Notes: generated from the letters alone by a model not told the origin. Counted from the stretch's first letter, positions 7,008 through 16,498 are shown. The stretch is DNA of 43,779 bases from an uncultured Desulfovibrionaceae bacterium (GCA_964589455.1 CAZPTC010000001.1:1-43779); one strand, 5' to 3'. Program-made: numbers and translations.

Positions 7008-7976
7008 GTGGGCCAGGCAGGGCAAAAAAAGAAAACAGGCGTAATAGGCCCATTTGGCCAGACAAACCAGCTAAGCGGACACATTGCAGCGCTTGTAAGT
7101 ATTTTGGTGTGGGGGACAACATTTACTTCTACAAAGCTGTTGTTGGAAGACTTTTTACCCATAGAAATTTTATTTTTCCGCTTTGTTATGGGGTATATGG
7201 CTTTGTGGATTGTATTCCCGCACAGATTAAAAAGCACCAATACCAGGCAGGAAATTTTGTTTGCCCTTGCAGGCCTGAGCGGTATTTGTCTGTATTACCT
7301 TTTGGAAAATGTGGCGCTTGTATATACCCTGGCTTCCAATGTAGGGGTTATTATTTCTGTTGCGCCATTTTTTACAGCACTTCTTGTGTATATTGCCATA
7401 CCAGGAGAAGAAAAACCTAACAGAAACTTCTTTTTGGGCTTTGTAGTGGCAATGGCGGGTATTTGCCTTATAAGCCTGCCTGATTCCCCCTTGCGCTTAA
7501 ACCCGCTTGGAGATTTTTTGGCCTTTGCCGCCACCCTTGCATGGGCCTTTTATTCCGTTTTTACACGCAAAATAAGCGCCTTTGGCTATAACACCATACA
7601 AACTACTCGCCGCGTTTTTGCGTATGGCCTTTTGTGGATGCTGCCTTTTTTGCTTTTCTCGGACGCAAGGCTTGGTTTAGAGCGCTTTAGTGACCCTGTT
7701 AATCTTTTTAATATGATTTTTCTGGGGCTTGGCGCTTCTGCTCTTTGCTTTGTCACATGGAATTACGCGGTAAAAGTGCTTGGCGCTGTTAAAAGCAGTG
7801 TGTACATATATATGGTGCCAGTTATTACTGTGCTTACAGCCGTTATTGTGCTGGATGAAAGCATACACGCTCTGGCCGCTGTTGGTATTGTGCTTACACT
7901 TTTTGGCCTTTATATTTCAGAAAAAAAGATAAAAGCGCACAAAATTGTGGTGCGCAAGAAAAAACTTTTGCAATAA
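7008..7976 (+). CDS. EamA/DMT family transporter
   Basis: About 10 predicted TM segments with the typical EamA duplication. GTG 7008 lies 8 nt after AAGGAG (6994-6999). The track ATG at 6972 is an alternative start. Confidence 0.8.
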   Translation: MGQAGQKKKTGVIGPFGQTNQLSGHIAALVSILVWGTTFTSTKLLLEDFLPIEILFFRFVMGYMALWIVFPHRLKSTNTRQEILFALAGLSGICLYYLLENVALVYTLASNVGVIISVAPFFTALLVYIAIPGEEKPNRNFFLGFVVAMAGICLISLPDSPLRLNPLGDFLAFAATLAWAFYSVFTRKISAFGYNTIQTTRRVFAYGLLWMLPFLLFSDARLGLERFSDPVNLFNMIFLGLGASALCFVTWNYAVKVLGAVKSSVYIYMVPVITVLTAVIVLDESIHALAAVGIVLTLFGLYISEKKIKAHKIVVRKKKLLQ

Positions 7977-7996
7977 AAAATACAGGATACAAAAAC

Positions 7997-8036
7997 AACA
8001 CCCCGCAGAACACTTGTTCTACGGGGTGTTGTTTTA
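7997..8036. terminator. Bidirectional intrinsic terminator between the EamA gene and argD
   Basis: AACACCCCG (7997-8005) pairs with CGGGGTGTT (8022-8030). An A-run lies upstream and GTTTT downstream. Confidence 0.7.
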
Positions 8037-8052
8037 ACATAAGAATAGAGGA

Positions 8053-9264
8053 CTATGCGGTATGGGCTATAAGCACTTCTTCCAGCGTCTTCACAAAGCT
8101 GTCTAAATCTGCCTCTGGAATATTCAAGGCAGGCAAAAGACGCAGTGTTGTTTCCTGGCTAAGGCTGCATACATACCCGCGTTCAATAAGGCTTGTCCAT
8201 ACAGCTTTGCTTTTTTCGGCGTCCATATTCAGTTGTGCCCCAACCATAAGACCATGCCCGCGCACTTCTTTAATGCTGCCTTCTACACGGGTGTTAATGG
8301 CGGCAATGTTTTGGCGCAGTTTTTCTCCCAAAGTTTTGGCACGGGCTGCCAAATTGTCCCGCAGCATAATCTCCAACACTTTATCGGCGCAAGCCGTTAG
8401 CAGGGCACCGCCCCCAAATGTGGTGGCATGGCTGCCTGCCACAAAACCCTTGGACACCTCATTAGTCACCAGCATGGCACCTAAAGGCAGGCCATTGGCA
8501 AGGGCTTTTGCGCAGCTCATAACATCTGGCTCCAAGTCAAAAAGCTGGTGAGCCCAAGTTTCCCCTGTACGGCAAAGCCCTGTTTGCACTTCATCCACCA
8601 TAAACAGTATATTCGCTTCTTTGCAAATACCCTGCACAGCTTTTGCGTATTCAGCACCCATAGGCCGAACCCCGCCTTCGCCCTGTATAATTTCTACAAG
8701 CACAGCGGCAGTATGGGGGCCAACAGCCCTTTTTAAGGCCTCTGCATCCCCAAAAGGCACCTGCTTAAAGCCTTCTGGCATGGGCAAAAAACCATCCTGG
8801 AATTTTGTCTGACCAGTAGCTGCCACAGTAGCCAGGGTGCGCCCGTGGAAAGCACCTTGCACGGTTATGATTTCAAAGCGATTTTCGCCCCGCACTTTCT
8901 GCATATAACGGCGCGCCATTTTAATAACCGCCTCATTGGCTTCTGCTCCAGAATTACAGAAAAACACCTTGTCAAAACGGCATGTGCCAAGCAGGCGCTC
9001 CGCGTAGTCAAGCTGTTCTTCCTGATAAAACAAATTGCTCACATGGATAAGCTTGTGGGCGCTTGCGGCAATGGTGTCTGCAAGTTCTGCATGGCAATGC
9101 CCAAGGGAGGTAACGGCTATGCCTGCCAGCAAGTCTATATACTCCTTGCCCTCTGCATCCCACAGGCGCGAGCCTTTGCCTCGGACTACAGAAAGTGGGT
9201 ACCGGCTGTATGTGCGGCAAAGCAGGGCTTCTTCACGCTCTTTTAAATGGGATGTTGTGGACAT
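8053..9264 (-). CDS. argD: Acetylornithine aminotransferase (class III PLP aminotransferase)
   Basis: 403 aa. N-terminus YSRYPLSVVRGKGSRLWDAEGKEYIDLLAGIAV, FCNSGAEANE, DEVQTG, and the PLP-Lys region SCAKALANGLPLGA. Confidence 0.88.
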   Translation of the reverse strand: MSTTSHLKEREEALLCRTYSRYPLSVVRGKGSRLWDAEGKEYIDLLAGIAVTSLGHCHAELADTIAASAHKLIHVSNLFYQEEQLDYAERLLGTCRFDKVFFCNSGAEANEAVIKMARRYMQKVRGENRFEIITVQGAFHGRTLATVAATGQTKFQDGFLPMPEGFKQVPFGDAEALKRAVGPHTAAVLVEIIQGEGGVRPMGAEYAKAVQGICKEANILFMVDEVQTGLCRTGETWAHQLFDLEPDVMSCAKALANGLPLGAMLVTNEVSKGFVAGSHATTFGGGALLTACADKVLEIMLRDNLAARAKTLGEKLRQNIAAINTRVEGSIKEVRGHGLMVGAQLNMDAEKSKAVWTSLIERGYVCSLSQETTLRLLPALNIPEADLDSFVKTLEEVLIAHTA

Positions 9265-9314
9265 AGGGTTCTCCTTGTGTTTTCCTTGGGGGATAATTCC
9301 CCCAACTTGCGGTA

Positions 9315-12300
9315 CTACCAGCGCCAGCCAAGGGTAAAACCACCGTTGAGGCCGGTGTACTGCGCTCGAAAAGCTTCTATACCGCCGAATAAGGAGAATG
9401 TTAAGCGCGAATCTGCGTGGGTAAAATTGGCACTGCCTTGCAGGAGTAAGCTATCGCGGCCGCGTACATTTTTTGTGGTAAAAGGAACATTGTAGCCCAC
9501 AAAATTGGCGCGGAAAGAGCCTGCCTGCAAAAACTCGTGCCCCCAGGCAGCAGAAAGTATACCTTGCACACGCACCTTTTCTGTAAGGTTGCCTGTAAGG
9601 CGCGCCTGAAGCCCAAGGCTGGAGCGCAAAGAATGGGTGCCAGCCCCTGCAATATGCAGCGCTGTTGCGGCATCGCCATGTTCTGTAAAGGCGGGTCTGA
9701 AATAGCCGCCATAAGAAAGCCCTGCAAAAGGCCCGGCAGAAACAAAGTCCCACTGGTGTTCCCAGCCAAGACGAAACTCTGCACTGGCTGTAAAGGCTGT
9801 AAAATCGCTGGTATTTTGTCGGATAAAGGTATTAAGGGCAATACTGCGGCTTGTGCGGGTATTTTCCAGCCCAAGAGCGGCAGCGCCATAAAGCCAGACA
9901 GAACCGGCCCCTAAGGGGTAAAAGTCTTGCGCAAGGGCTTGCACACCCAAAGAAAGCGCATCTACCTGCGACTTTGCGATATGGAGTTCTGTTGTTTGGC
10001 GGTGCGTATACCCAAGAGATATACCAGCCTGTGCCTTGGGGAAGGAAAAGTTCCATGCCCCAAGCATTCCGCCAAACGCTGTTGTAGCGCAAGAAGCGCC
10101 TTTTTGGCCCTTTTGGAACAGGCCGCCACCCATAGGGATAACAGTTGCATAGCTGTTACTGAAAAGACCAGTGCTGCCACTGTTTGCGCCAGACACACCT
10201 TGGCCTTGTGTATGGCTTTGCATAGTGGCAAGTAATGTAGAGGCTTGTATACGGCCATAATCTAAACTTGCCTGTGCTACACCATTGTATACTGTGGGAG
10301 AAAGCGCTTTAAGCGCTTTATGGACAAGACTGCCATTTGTTGCAGAAAAATCCAGAGCTTGGAAAAGGTTTTGGGTATCCCCACTTGCATTGCCAGACAT
10401 ACCATACAGAGCATCCCCAAGATTGTGCATATTGCTGTTGCTTGCATATTGGCTGTAGGCCTGCGGGGCGCGGCTGAGGGAAAGCGTGCCGGAATAGTCT
10501 GGAGCCAGAGTGGCAGCAAGGGAAAGAGTGGGGGAGAAATGCGTAGACAGCGCAAGAGAACCTGCAGAAGCGCCTGCAAAGGTAAGCAGAGGGTTCTGCA
10601 GGATTATGACGGTGTTATTCTGCCAGTAGCCGCTTAAAGGTTCAAGCAACAAAGTTCCGTCCAGGCTGGCTGTGCCAGCAATATTGAGCTGGTCTGCATG
10701 GCCTGCTTTATCAAACTCCATACGCAGCACGCCATTTGCGTACTGGGTATAATCCTGCACAGTAAGCGTGCCAATGCTGTTGCCTGGGGCAACTGTGCCA
10801 TTATTATGCAAAATATTGGCCACTGTGCCATTGCCCATTAATGTGCCTGCAGGCAATACCCAGGCATTTTCTATGCTGCCTTGCAGGGCAGAGCCTGTAG
10901 AAAGGGAAATGGCCCCGCCTTCTATAATGGTAAAGCCGCTGTAAGAATTGTTGCCTGTAAGGTACAGTATGCCTTGCCCTTTTTTGGTAAGGCCAATGGG
11001 TAAACCACCAAGCGCAGCACGGGCATCTGCGGCATTTGCAAAGCCGTAGTATGCAAGCTGGCTGGCATTGTATTCTGTAGGCAAACCAATGGGAATAGAA
11101 GTACCGGGTATATTCCCGTAGGTATCGCCATAGGTTATTTCTGTAATATCATTGCTCCAGATGCTGGAATAGCCCTTGGTATCTACTGTGTATTGCCATT
11201 CTTTTGCGTCGCCATTTATGGCAACAGGGCGTATATCTGTGTTGGGGTTTAACCAGGAAGCTTTAAAATACCCAGGGCCTTGCACTGCTTTGCCGGCATT
11301 TAAATAGCCATGCCCAAAAACATCTGCAAAAGAAACTGTTGTTGTTTCCACATCCAGTGCTAAAAAATCCGCTAAGGTTTTGATTTGATAAAACCCATCA
11401 AGCAGGGCGCTATTTTCATTATAATAGGCTGTCAGATCTGCCGTTTGATCACCGCTCTGGATTGCCCCCTTGAAATAAAGAAGGTTGATTTTGAGCGTCA
11501 CAGTATCAGAGTCAATGATTTCTTTAATCACCGCGGTATAGGGAGCAGGTTCAAATTTGTTTGCCGTAGAAAACATGGTTGAAGTAAGCTGCTTTGCGCT
11601 CATGTACGGGAATGCCTGTTCTACAAGCCCCAAAACACCGCTTGTTATGGGCGCTGCCATAGAAGTGCCAGACATGGACGTATATTCTTTTCCTTTGCCC
11701 GAAAAAGCGGAGATAATATTTATACCGGGTGCTGATACAGCGTAGTCTTGTACACCGTGCATAGCCAGATCGCTGAATATAGCGGGTAAAGCAATAGAAG
11801 AAGTAAGTTTACCAGAATCTAGCGCTATTACAGTGACAAAATTTCCTATAAGTTCAGGGTACTTTAGCGGGATAGCAGACATAATATCCGGGCTGCTCCA
11901 CCCTGAGTTGCCTGCAGCAAAAACCATGACTCTGTCCTGTATGGCCAGATCATAATATGCCTTTGTTGTTTTGGGTATTGATGCCAGAACGCTATAGGTG
12001 GGGTCGTTTTCTAAGGCATACGTATACCCCCAACTATTATTGATAATACGCACTTGCGGGTATTGCAAAAAATAGGAAACAGTTGCGGAATTATACCCAT
12101 CTGTCGTATTTTCACCAAGGGCCATAGCGGAACTTACCAGATTGGCATCATAGGCCACCCCATGCATACCCACGCCATTTTTTTTGGCAACCATGCTGCC
12201 ACCAACATGTGTACCGTGGGTGTGCTTTTCCCAATTTATCACAAGACCATCCGGCACAAACCTTCCCAGCACTTTGCCTTGCAGTTCCGGGTGATACGGC

Positions 12301-12494
12301 TGTACACTGTTATCTATGATGCCCAAAACAACACCTTTTCCTGTAAAACCAAGCTCATAGGCTTTACTAAGGTTAATGGCGTCATACGCGCTTGCGTTTG
12401 TATAGTAATATTCTTTTGTCTGGAATGGGCTGGCAGCAAATGCCGGGCCTGTAAAAAGAAGCGTAAGGAAAAGTGCTGGGAGGAAAAAGCGCAT
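9315..12494 (-). CDS. Autotransporter with subtilisin-like (peptidase S8) passenger domain
   Basis: Signal peptide MRFFLPALFLTLLFTGPAFA. S8 residues: Asp (GIIDNS), His (HGTHVGG), Asn (AAGNSG), Ser (SGTSMAAP). Passenger repeat GNSIGTLTV...DQLNIAGTASLDGTL. C-terminal beta-barrel ends ...GFTLGWRW. Start taken at 12494, the second in-frame ATG. Confidence 0.9.
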   Translation of the reverse strand: MRFFLPALFLTLLFTGPAFAASPFQTKEYYYTNASAYDAINLSKAYELGFTGKGVVLGIIDNSVQPYHPELQGKVLGRFVPDGLVINWEKHTHGTHVGGSMVAKKNGVGMHGVAYDANLVSSAMALGENTTDGYNSATVSYFLQYPQVRIINNSWGYTYALENDPTYSVLASIPKTTKAYYDLAIQDRVMVFAAGNSGWSSPDIMSAIPLKYPELIGNFVTVIALDSGKLTSSIALPAIFSDLAMHGVQDYAVSAPGINIISAFSGKGKEYTSMSGTSMAAPITSGVLGLVEQAFPYMSAKQLTSTMFSTANKFEPAPYTAVIKEIIDSDTVTLKINLLYFKGAIQSGDQTADLTAYYNENSALLDGFYQIKTLADFLALDVETTTVSFADVFGHGYLNAGKAVQGPGYFKASWLNPNTDIRPVAINGDAKEWQYTVDTKGYSSIWSNDITEITYGDTYGNIPGTSIPIGLPTEYNASQLAYYGFANAADARAALGGLPIGLTKKGQGILYLTGNNSYSGFTIIEGGAISLSTGSALQGSIENAWVLPAGTLMGNGTVANILHNNGTVAPGNSIGTLTVQDYTQYANGVLRMEFDKAGHADQLNIAGTASLDGTLLLEPLSGYWQNNTVIILQNPLLTFAGASAGSLALSTHFSPTLSLAATLAPDYSGTLSLSRAPQAYSQYASNSNMHNLGDALYGMSGNASGDTQNLFQALDFSATNGSLVHKALKALSPTVYNGVAQASLDYGRIQASTLLATMQSHTQGQGVSGANSGSTGLFSNSYATVIPMGGGLFQKGQKGASCATTAFGGMLGAWNFSFPKAQAGISLGYTHRQTTELHIAKSQVDALSLGVQALAQDFYPLGAGSVWLYGAAALGLENTRTSRSIALNTFIRQNTSDFTAFTASAEFRLGWEHQWDFVSAGPFAGLSYGGYFRPAFTEHGDAATALHIAGAGTHSLRSSLGLQARLTGNLTEKVRVQGILSAAWGHEFLQAGSFRANFVGYNVPFTTKNVRGRDSLLLQGSANFTHADSRLTFSLFGGIEAFRAQYTGLNGGFTLGWRW

Positions 12495-12532
12495 GGAAGA
12501 TATCCTTTTTAAGGTGCAAAATATTCTCATAG

Positions 12533-13945
12533 TTAAAGGCGCTGCAGTAAAAGAACACTCTCAACATGCTGACTATAGGGGAACATGTCAAAAAGAGCAA
12601 TTTCAACAGGTTTGTAGCTTGGGCTTAAAAGCGCGGCATCCCGTGCAAGTGTGGCAGGGTTACAGGAAACAAGGGCAAGCAAACGCGGCGGGGTTTGCAG
12701 AAGGGCTTTGGTAAAGGCTTCATCCATGCCAGCGCGCGGGGGGTCTGCTATGACTAAATCTGGCTTGTGCTTGGCAAGGCGGTCTTTTAAGCTTGCGGCA
12801 TCCTTTTGGGTAAAAGAAGCAAAAAGGCCGTTTTTGGCGGCATTTTCTTTTGCAAGGCTTACACTTTCTTCTACAGATTCAAAACCATGCACAGGGGCTT
12901 GCAATAATGCCGCGGCGCTTAGGCCAAAGCCGCCTATGCCACTGTAAACGTCCCAAACACTGGTGAAGGGGCCATATTTTTCTAAAGAGTGTATGACATT
13001 GTAATATATTTTTTCTGCCATTGCGCTGTTTACCTGATAAAACGTGTTATGCGCAAGGGTAAGGTTTAACTGTTTTTCCCCTAAGTTTATGCGTTCTTCC
13101 CAGTGGGTTTCGCCCATTGTGCGCATAATATTTTCGCCATAGGCAATATCGCTTGCTGTGGTGCGGGTGCTGTGGATAAAGCCGCGCGTAAAGGGCTGGG
13201 CAAGCAAATTTTTGCCAAGTGTCTGCACGGCCTGTTGCTGGCTGGAATTTTGGGGCGGGGCGGTGATAAGTTCTGCAATAATGCGCGCTTCGCCGTACAT
13301 GCCAGAAACAGCAGGGGCTTCCCGCAGTACAAGCATACGCCAAAAGCCGCTTTTTGTTTTGCCGTCCCATGCGGGAATGCTGTATTGGGTGGCAAGTTCC
13401 CGCGTTTGCCGGCGGATAAAGTTAAGGGCCTTTTGGCCTTCCAGGCTTTGCAGCAGGCAATCTGTCACATCCACAATATTATGGCTGGCGCGGCTGCGTA
13501 GGCCAAGCTGCAAGCCTTGTTCACCATTGCCAAAGGCAAATTCCATTTTATTGCGCAGGGGAAATTGGGTAAGATTTGCGGCATAAAAGGTAACAGGTTC
13601 TGGCAGGGCTATTTTACCTATGCGGGTAAGGGCATCTGCTACCAGTTGCTGTTTCCACTTTTGTTGGGCAGGGTAAGGCAGTTTCATCCACGGGCAGCCG
13701 CCGCAAAGGGTGGCATGGGGGCAGGGGGCTTCTATTTCTTCCGGGCTTTTTTCCAGCACATCATTTTCTGATACTACTTTGCCTTCTGAAAAGCGGGATT
13801 TTTCTTTCTCAACAGTGGCACGCACTTTCTGGCCTGGCAGGGCATTTTCCACAAATATGGTTTTGCCTTCTATGCGGCCAACACCGCGTCCGTCGTGCGA
13901 AAGGCCGTCAATTTGCACAATTACCGCTTTTGCTGTTTTTTCCAT
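12533..13945 (-). CDS. rlmD: 23S rRNA (uracil-5-)-methyltransferase RlmD/RumA family
   Basis: N-terminal TRAM domain, Fe-S Cys cluster (CPHATLCGGCPW), and SAM methyltransferase motifs DPPRAGMD and VSCNPATLARD. Confidence 0.88.
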   Translation of the reverse strand: MEKTAKAVIVQIDGLSHDGRGVGRIEGKTIFVENALPGQKVRATVEKEKSRFSEGKVVSENDVLEKSPEEIEAPCPHATLCGGCPWMKLPYPAQQKWKQQLVADALTRIGKIALPEPVTFYAANLTQFPLRNKMEFAFGNGEQGLQLGLRSRASHNIVDVTDCLLQSLEGQKALNFIRRQTRELATQYSIPAWDGKTKSGFWRMLVLREAPAVSGMYGEARIIAELITAPPQNSSQQQAVQTLGKNLLAQPFTRGFIHSTRTTASDIAYGENIMRTMGETHWEERINLGEKQLNLTLAHNTFYQVNSAMAEKIYYNVIHSLEKYGPFTSVWDVYSGIGGFGLSAAALLQAPVHGFESVEESVSLAKENAAKNGLFASFTQKDAASLKDRLAKHKPDLVIADPPRAGMDEAFTKALLQTPPRLLALVSCNPATLARDAALLSPSYKPVEIALFDMFPYSQHVESVLLLQRL

Positions 13946-13954
13946 TTTTTCCTC

Positions 13955-13984
13955 TTGACTTTTCTATTTTGTGACCGCTATATT
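13955..13984 (+). promoter_or_regulatory. Candidate sigma-70 promoter for the 49-aa ORF
   Basis: TTGACT (13955-13960), 18-nt spacer, TATATT (13979-13984). Confidence 0.45.
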
Positions 13985-14023
13985 TGAACACGAATTATCC
14001 CTATTTTTTTGAGGAGACATGCC

Positions 14024-14173
14024 ATGTTCAGCACCATTTCTGAGCTTATTACCAATGCTTCCCATTCCACACCGCAGGGTCTTACTGGTGTGGCGATTAT
14101 TTTTACCTATTTTGTGGTGATGCTGGTGGCTATTGCCTACAGGATTAAAAAGGGTGACCACGTTCACCATTGA
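14024..14173 (+). CDS. 49-aa single-pass small membrane protein (unlisted, below the ORF-track cutoff)
   Basis: GAGGAG at 14011-14016, then ATG 7 nt later. Product is MFSTISELITNASHSTPQGLTGVAIIFTYFVVMLVAIAYRIKKGDHVHH. It has its own promoter-like and terminator signals. The opposite-strand 68-aa track ORF looks like a shadow. Confidence 0.5.
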   Translation: MFSTISELITNASHSTPQGLTGVAIIFTYFVVMLVAIAYRIKKGDHVHH

Positions 14174-14242
14174 TAATTCGCCTGCCTGCCAGAAATGCGC
14201 TTAATGCCCTTCATAGAGCGCAGCTTTATAGTGTGATACCAC

Positions 14243-14274
14243 GCCCGAAAGTTACCTTTCGGGCTTTTCTTTTC
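14243..14274 (+). terminator. Intrinsic terminator downstream of the 49-aa ORF
   Basis: GCCCGAAAG, loop TTAC, CTTTCGGGC, followed by TTTTCTTTTCC. Confidence 0.7.
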
Positions 14275-14350
14275 CTTAAAATATATTTCATTGAAATATA
14301 TTTTGTCTGCCCATGCTAACAATTTGGCAGGAGGGGAAGAGAGGGGGCTT

Positions 14351-14405
14351 GGGGGAGGGAAGGGGAACCTCACTTTTCTAAAGTGGGGTTCCCCTTCCCT
14401 CCCCC
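14351..14405. repeat. Long G/C-rich palindrome with about 26-bp arms
   Basis: GGGGGAGGGAAGGGGAACCTCACTTT / AAAGTGGGGTTCCCCTTCCCTCCCCC with one mismatch. It lies directly 3' of the heptose kinase gene. The arm resembles those at 23752-23803 and 43704-43723. Confidence 0.8.
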
Positions 14406-14415
14406 AAAAGCTCTT

Positions 14416-15438
14416 TCACTCCCAAACTTCCCATCGGGGGGCTTCAAGGGCAATGGCAGCGTGTATTTCTTCCTGACTAGCGGTTGCCGCGCCTATTTTT
14501 CCCACCACAATACCAGCCGCGTAATTGGCAATAAGACAGGCAGCTTCTAAGGGGATACCGCACGAAAGGGCAAGGGCAAGAGTGGCGATAACGGTATCGC
14601 CGGCACCGGAAATATCAAATACTTCTTTGGCGGCGGTTTCAATATGCAGCACGCCTTTTTCCGGGCCAAAAAGGGCCATACCGTCTGCGCCAAGGGTAGA
14701 GAGCAGGTATGGGGCTTCTAATTCTTCCCGCAATGCGCGGCCCGCGTGGAGCAGGGTAGCGGTGCTGTGGGCGGGGGTATTGGCAAGCTCAGCGGTTTCT
14801 TTTTGGTTGGGGGTAAGAAGAAAAGCTTGTTTGTAACAGGCTTTGTTTTGGGGCTTTGGGTCAACAAGCACGCGCGCGTGGGGTATATGGCGGCGAATGG
14901 CGGGCAAAAGGGCGGAATCGACAAGGCCTTTGCCATAGTCTGAAACAAGGAAAACAGGGCTTTGGGCATCTGCGTTATTGGCGGCAATTAGCGCTAATAT
15001 ACTTTGCAGAATGGCGGCTTCTGCCGTGCTGAGGGGGCTGTCTACTTCTTCATCCAGGCGCAGCATTTGCTGGTTACGGGCAAAAATGCGGGTTTTAATG
15101 GTGGTGGGCCTTCCGCCTTCGCAAATAAGGTGGTGGCGCACATTGGCGGTATCTAACAGGGCTTGCATTTCTTTGCCGGCATTGTCATGGCCGGCAAGGG
15201 CCACTAATTCTGCATGGCCCCCAAGGGCGGAAATATTGCGGGCAACATTGCCGGCGCCCCCTAAAAAGTGCTGGCGCTTTTCCATTTTCACAACAGGAAC
15301 AGGCGCTTCCGGGGAAAGACGGCTGGCATCGCCAGACCAATAGGCATCCAGCATGGCATCGCCCAAAACAAAAACCTTGCCTTGGCTTAAAAGGGGCAAA
15401 AAGCCATACAATTCCTCTTGGGTATATATGGTATACAT
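14416..15438 (-). CDS. rfaE: D-glycero-beta-D-manno-heptose-7-phosphate kinase (RfaE domain I / HldA, PfkB family)
   Basis: 340 aa. VLGDAMLDAYW N-terminus and the DISGAGDTVIA PfkB signature. Kinase domain only. Confidence 0.85.
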   Translation of the reverse strand: MYTIYTQEELYGFLPLLSQGKVFVLGDAMLDAYWSGDASRLSPEAPVPVVKMEKRQHFLGGAGNVARNISALGGHAELVALAGHDNAGKEMQALLDTANVRHHLICEGGRPTTIKTRIFARNQQMLRLDEEVDSPLSTAEAAILQSILALIAANNADAQSPVFLVSDYGKGLVDSALLPAIRRHIPHARVLVDPKPQNKACYKQAFLLTPNQKETAELANTPAHSTATLLHAGRALREELEAPYLLSTLGADGMALFGPEKGVLHIETAAKEVFDISGAGDTVIATLALALSCGIPLEAACLIANYAAGIVVGKIGAATASQEEIHAAIALEAPRWEVWE

Positions 15439-15447
15439 GGCAAGCCC

Positions 15448-16407
15448 CTATACGCCAGAACGCTTGCGACTACGGGGAATTTGCGCATTTTCAATGCCCA
15501 GCATTTCTAAAAGGTGCGTAAGCTCCTGTTCTGAGGCGTAACGGATTTCCAAACGGCCTTTTTTGGCTGTGCCGTATAATGTTGTTTGGGCATTAAGGGT
15601 ATAGGCGCGGTCTGCCTTGCTTTTTGCGGGGGAGGGGATGGGGGATTCTGGTGCTATTTGGCCATCTGGCTGGTCTTGATCTGGCTGGTTTGCCTGAGTG
15701 GTCATGGCCGCGGCATCTGGGATAGAGCCCTGTTTTTTCCATATTTCCACAGCGTGTTCAACATCGCGTACAGAAAGCTGTTGTTCTTCTATTTGCCCTA
15801 TAAGGTCTGCTAATTCTGCGGGTTTTTCCGCAAGGGGTATAAGGGCCCTGGCATGGCCGGCGCTTAACGCTTTAGAGCGCACTTTTGCCTGCACATGTAC
15901 GGGCAACTGCAAAAGCCTGAGGGAATTGGCAACAGCCGGGCGGCTTTTAGAAAGTTTTTGGGCAAGCTCTTCCTGGCTTAGATTATACTGCTCCCGCAGG
16001 GTCTGGTAGGCTTCTGCCTCTTCTATGGGGTTTAAGTCTTCTCTTTGCAGGTTTTCAATAAGCGCAACGGTTAAAACCTCTGCATCTGAATATTCTTTAA
16101 TAATAACAGGTAATTCCGTAAGGCCAGCCAGTTTTGCGGCACGCCAGCGGCGTTCTCCTGCAATTATTTCGTACACCTGCGGGTGACTGGCTTCTTTTTT
16201 GCGCACTAAAATAGGCTGGAGCAGACCTTGCTCTTTAATAGAGGCAGCCAGCTCCATAAGGGAGGCTTCGCTAAAATATTTGCGGGGCTGGAAGGAACAC
16301 GGGATAATCTGGGTAAGGGCCAGTTTTTCGCTTGTTTGGGTTGCTTCTTCCGCTTGTTGCAATAAAGCGCCCAAACCGCGCCCCAAACCACGTTCACTCA
16401 GTGCCAT
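15448..16407 (-). CDS. parB: Chromosome partitioning protein ParB/Spo0J
   Basis: GLGRGLGALL, IIAGERRWRAAKLAGL, and an HTH region. Confidence 0.92.
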   Translation of the reverse strand: MALSERGLGRGLGALLQQAEEATQTSEKLALTQIIPCSFQPRKYFSEASLMELAASIKEQGLLQPILVRKKEASHPQVYEIIAGERRWRAAKLAGLTELPVIIKEYSDAEVLTVALIENLQREDLNPIEEAEAYQTLREQYNLSQEELAQKLSKSRPAVANSLRLLQLPVHVQAKVRSKALSAGHARALIPLAEKPAELADLIGQIEEQQLSVRDVEHAVEIWKKQGSIPDAAAMTTQANQPDQDQPDGQIAPESPIPSPAKSKADRAYTLNAQTTLYGTAKKGRLEIRYASEQELTHLLEMLGIENAQIPRSRKRSGV

Positions 16408-16498
16408 AGCCCCCCCTTAAAACATACACCATTTATGCGCATACCTGTATAAAATTTACTATAGGCACGCTGTTTTTGTGCCATGCAGCCCAAAAGCT

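Noticed and set aside
13964-14170. 68-aa minus-strand track ORF between rlmD and the heptose kinase gene
   Set aside because: The sequence is His/Asn/Lys-rich with no RBS. The plus strand carries a better-supported 49-aa ORF with promoter, SD and terminator.
16468-16483. Sigma-54-like element TGGCAC-AAAAA-CAGCG on the minus strand upstream of parB
   Set aside because: The -24 box is perfect, but the -12 region keeps only the GC dinucleotide. This is about the number of hits expected by chance in a window of this size. parB is normally co-transcribed with parA, and there is no supporting context.
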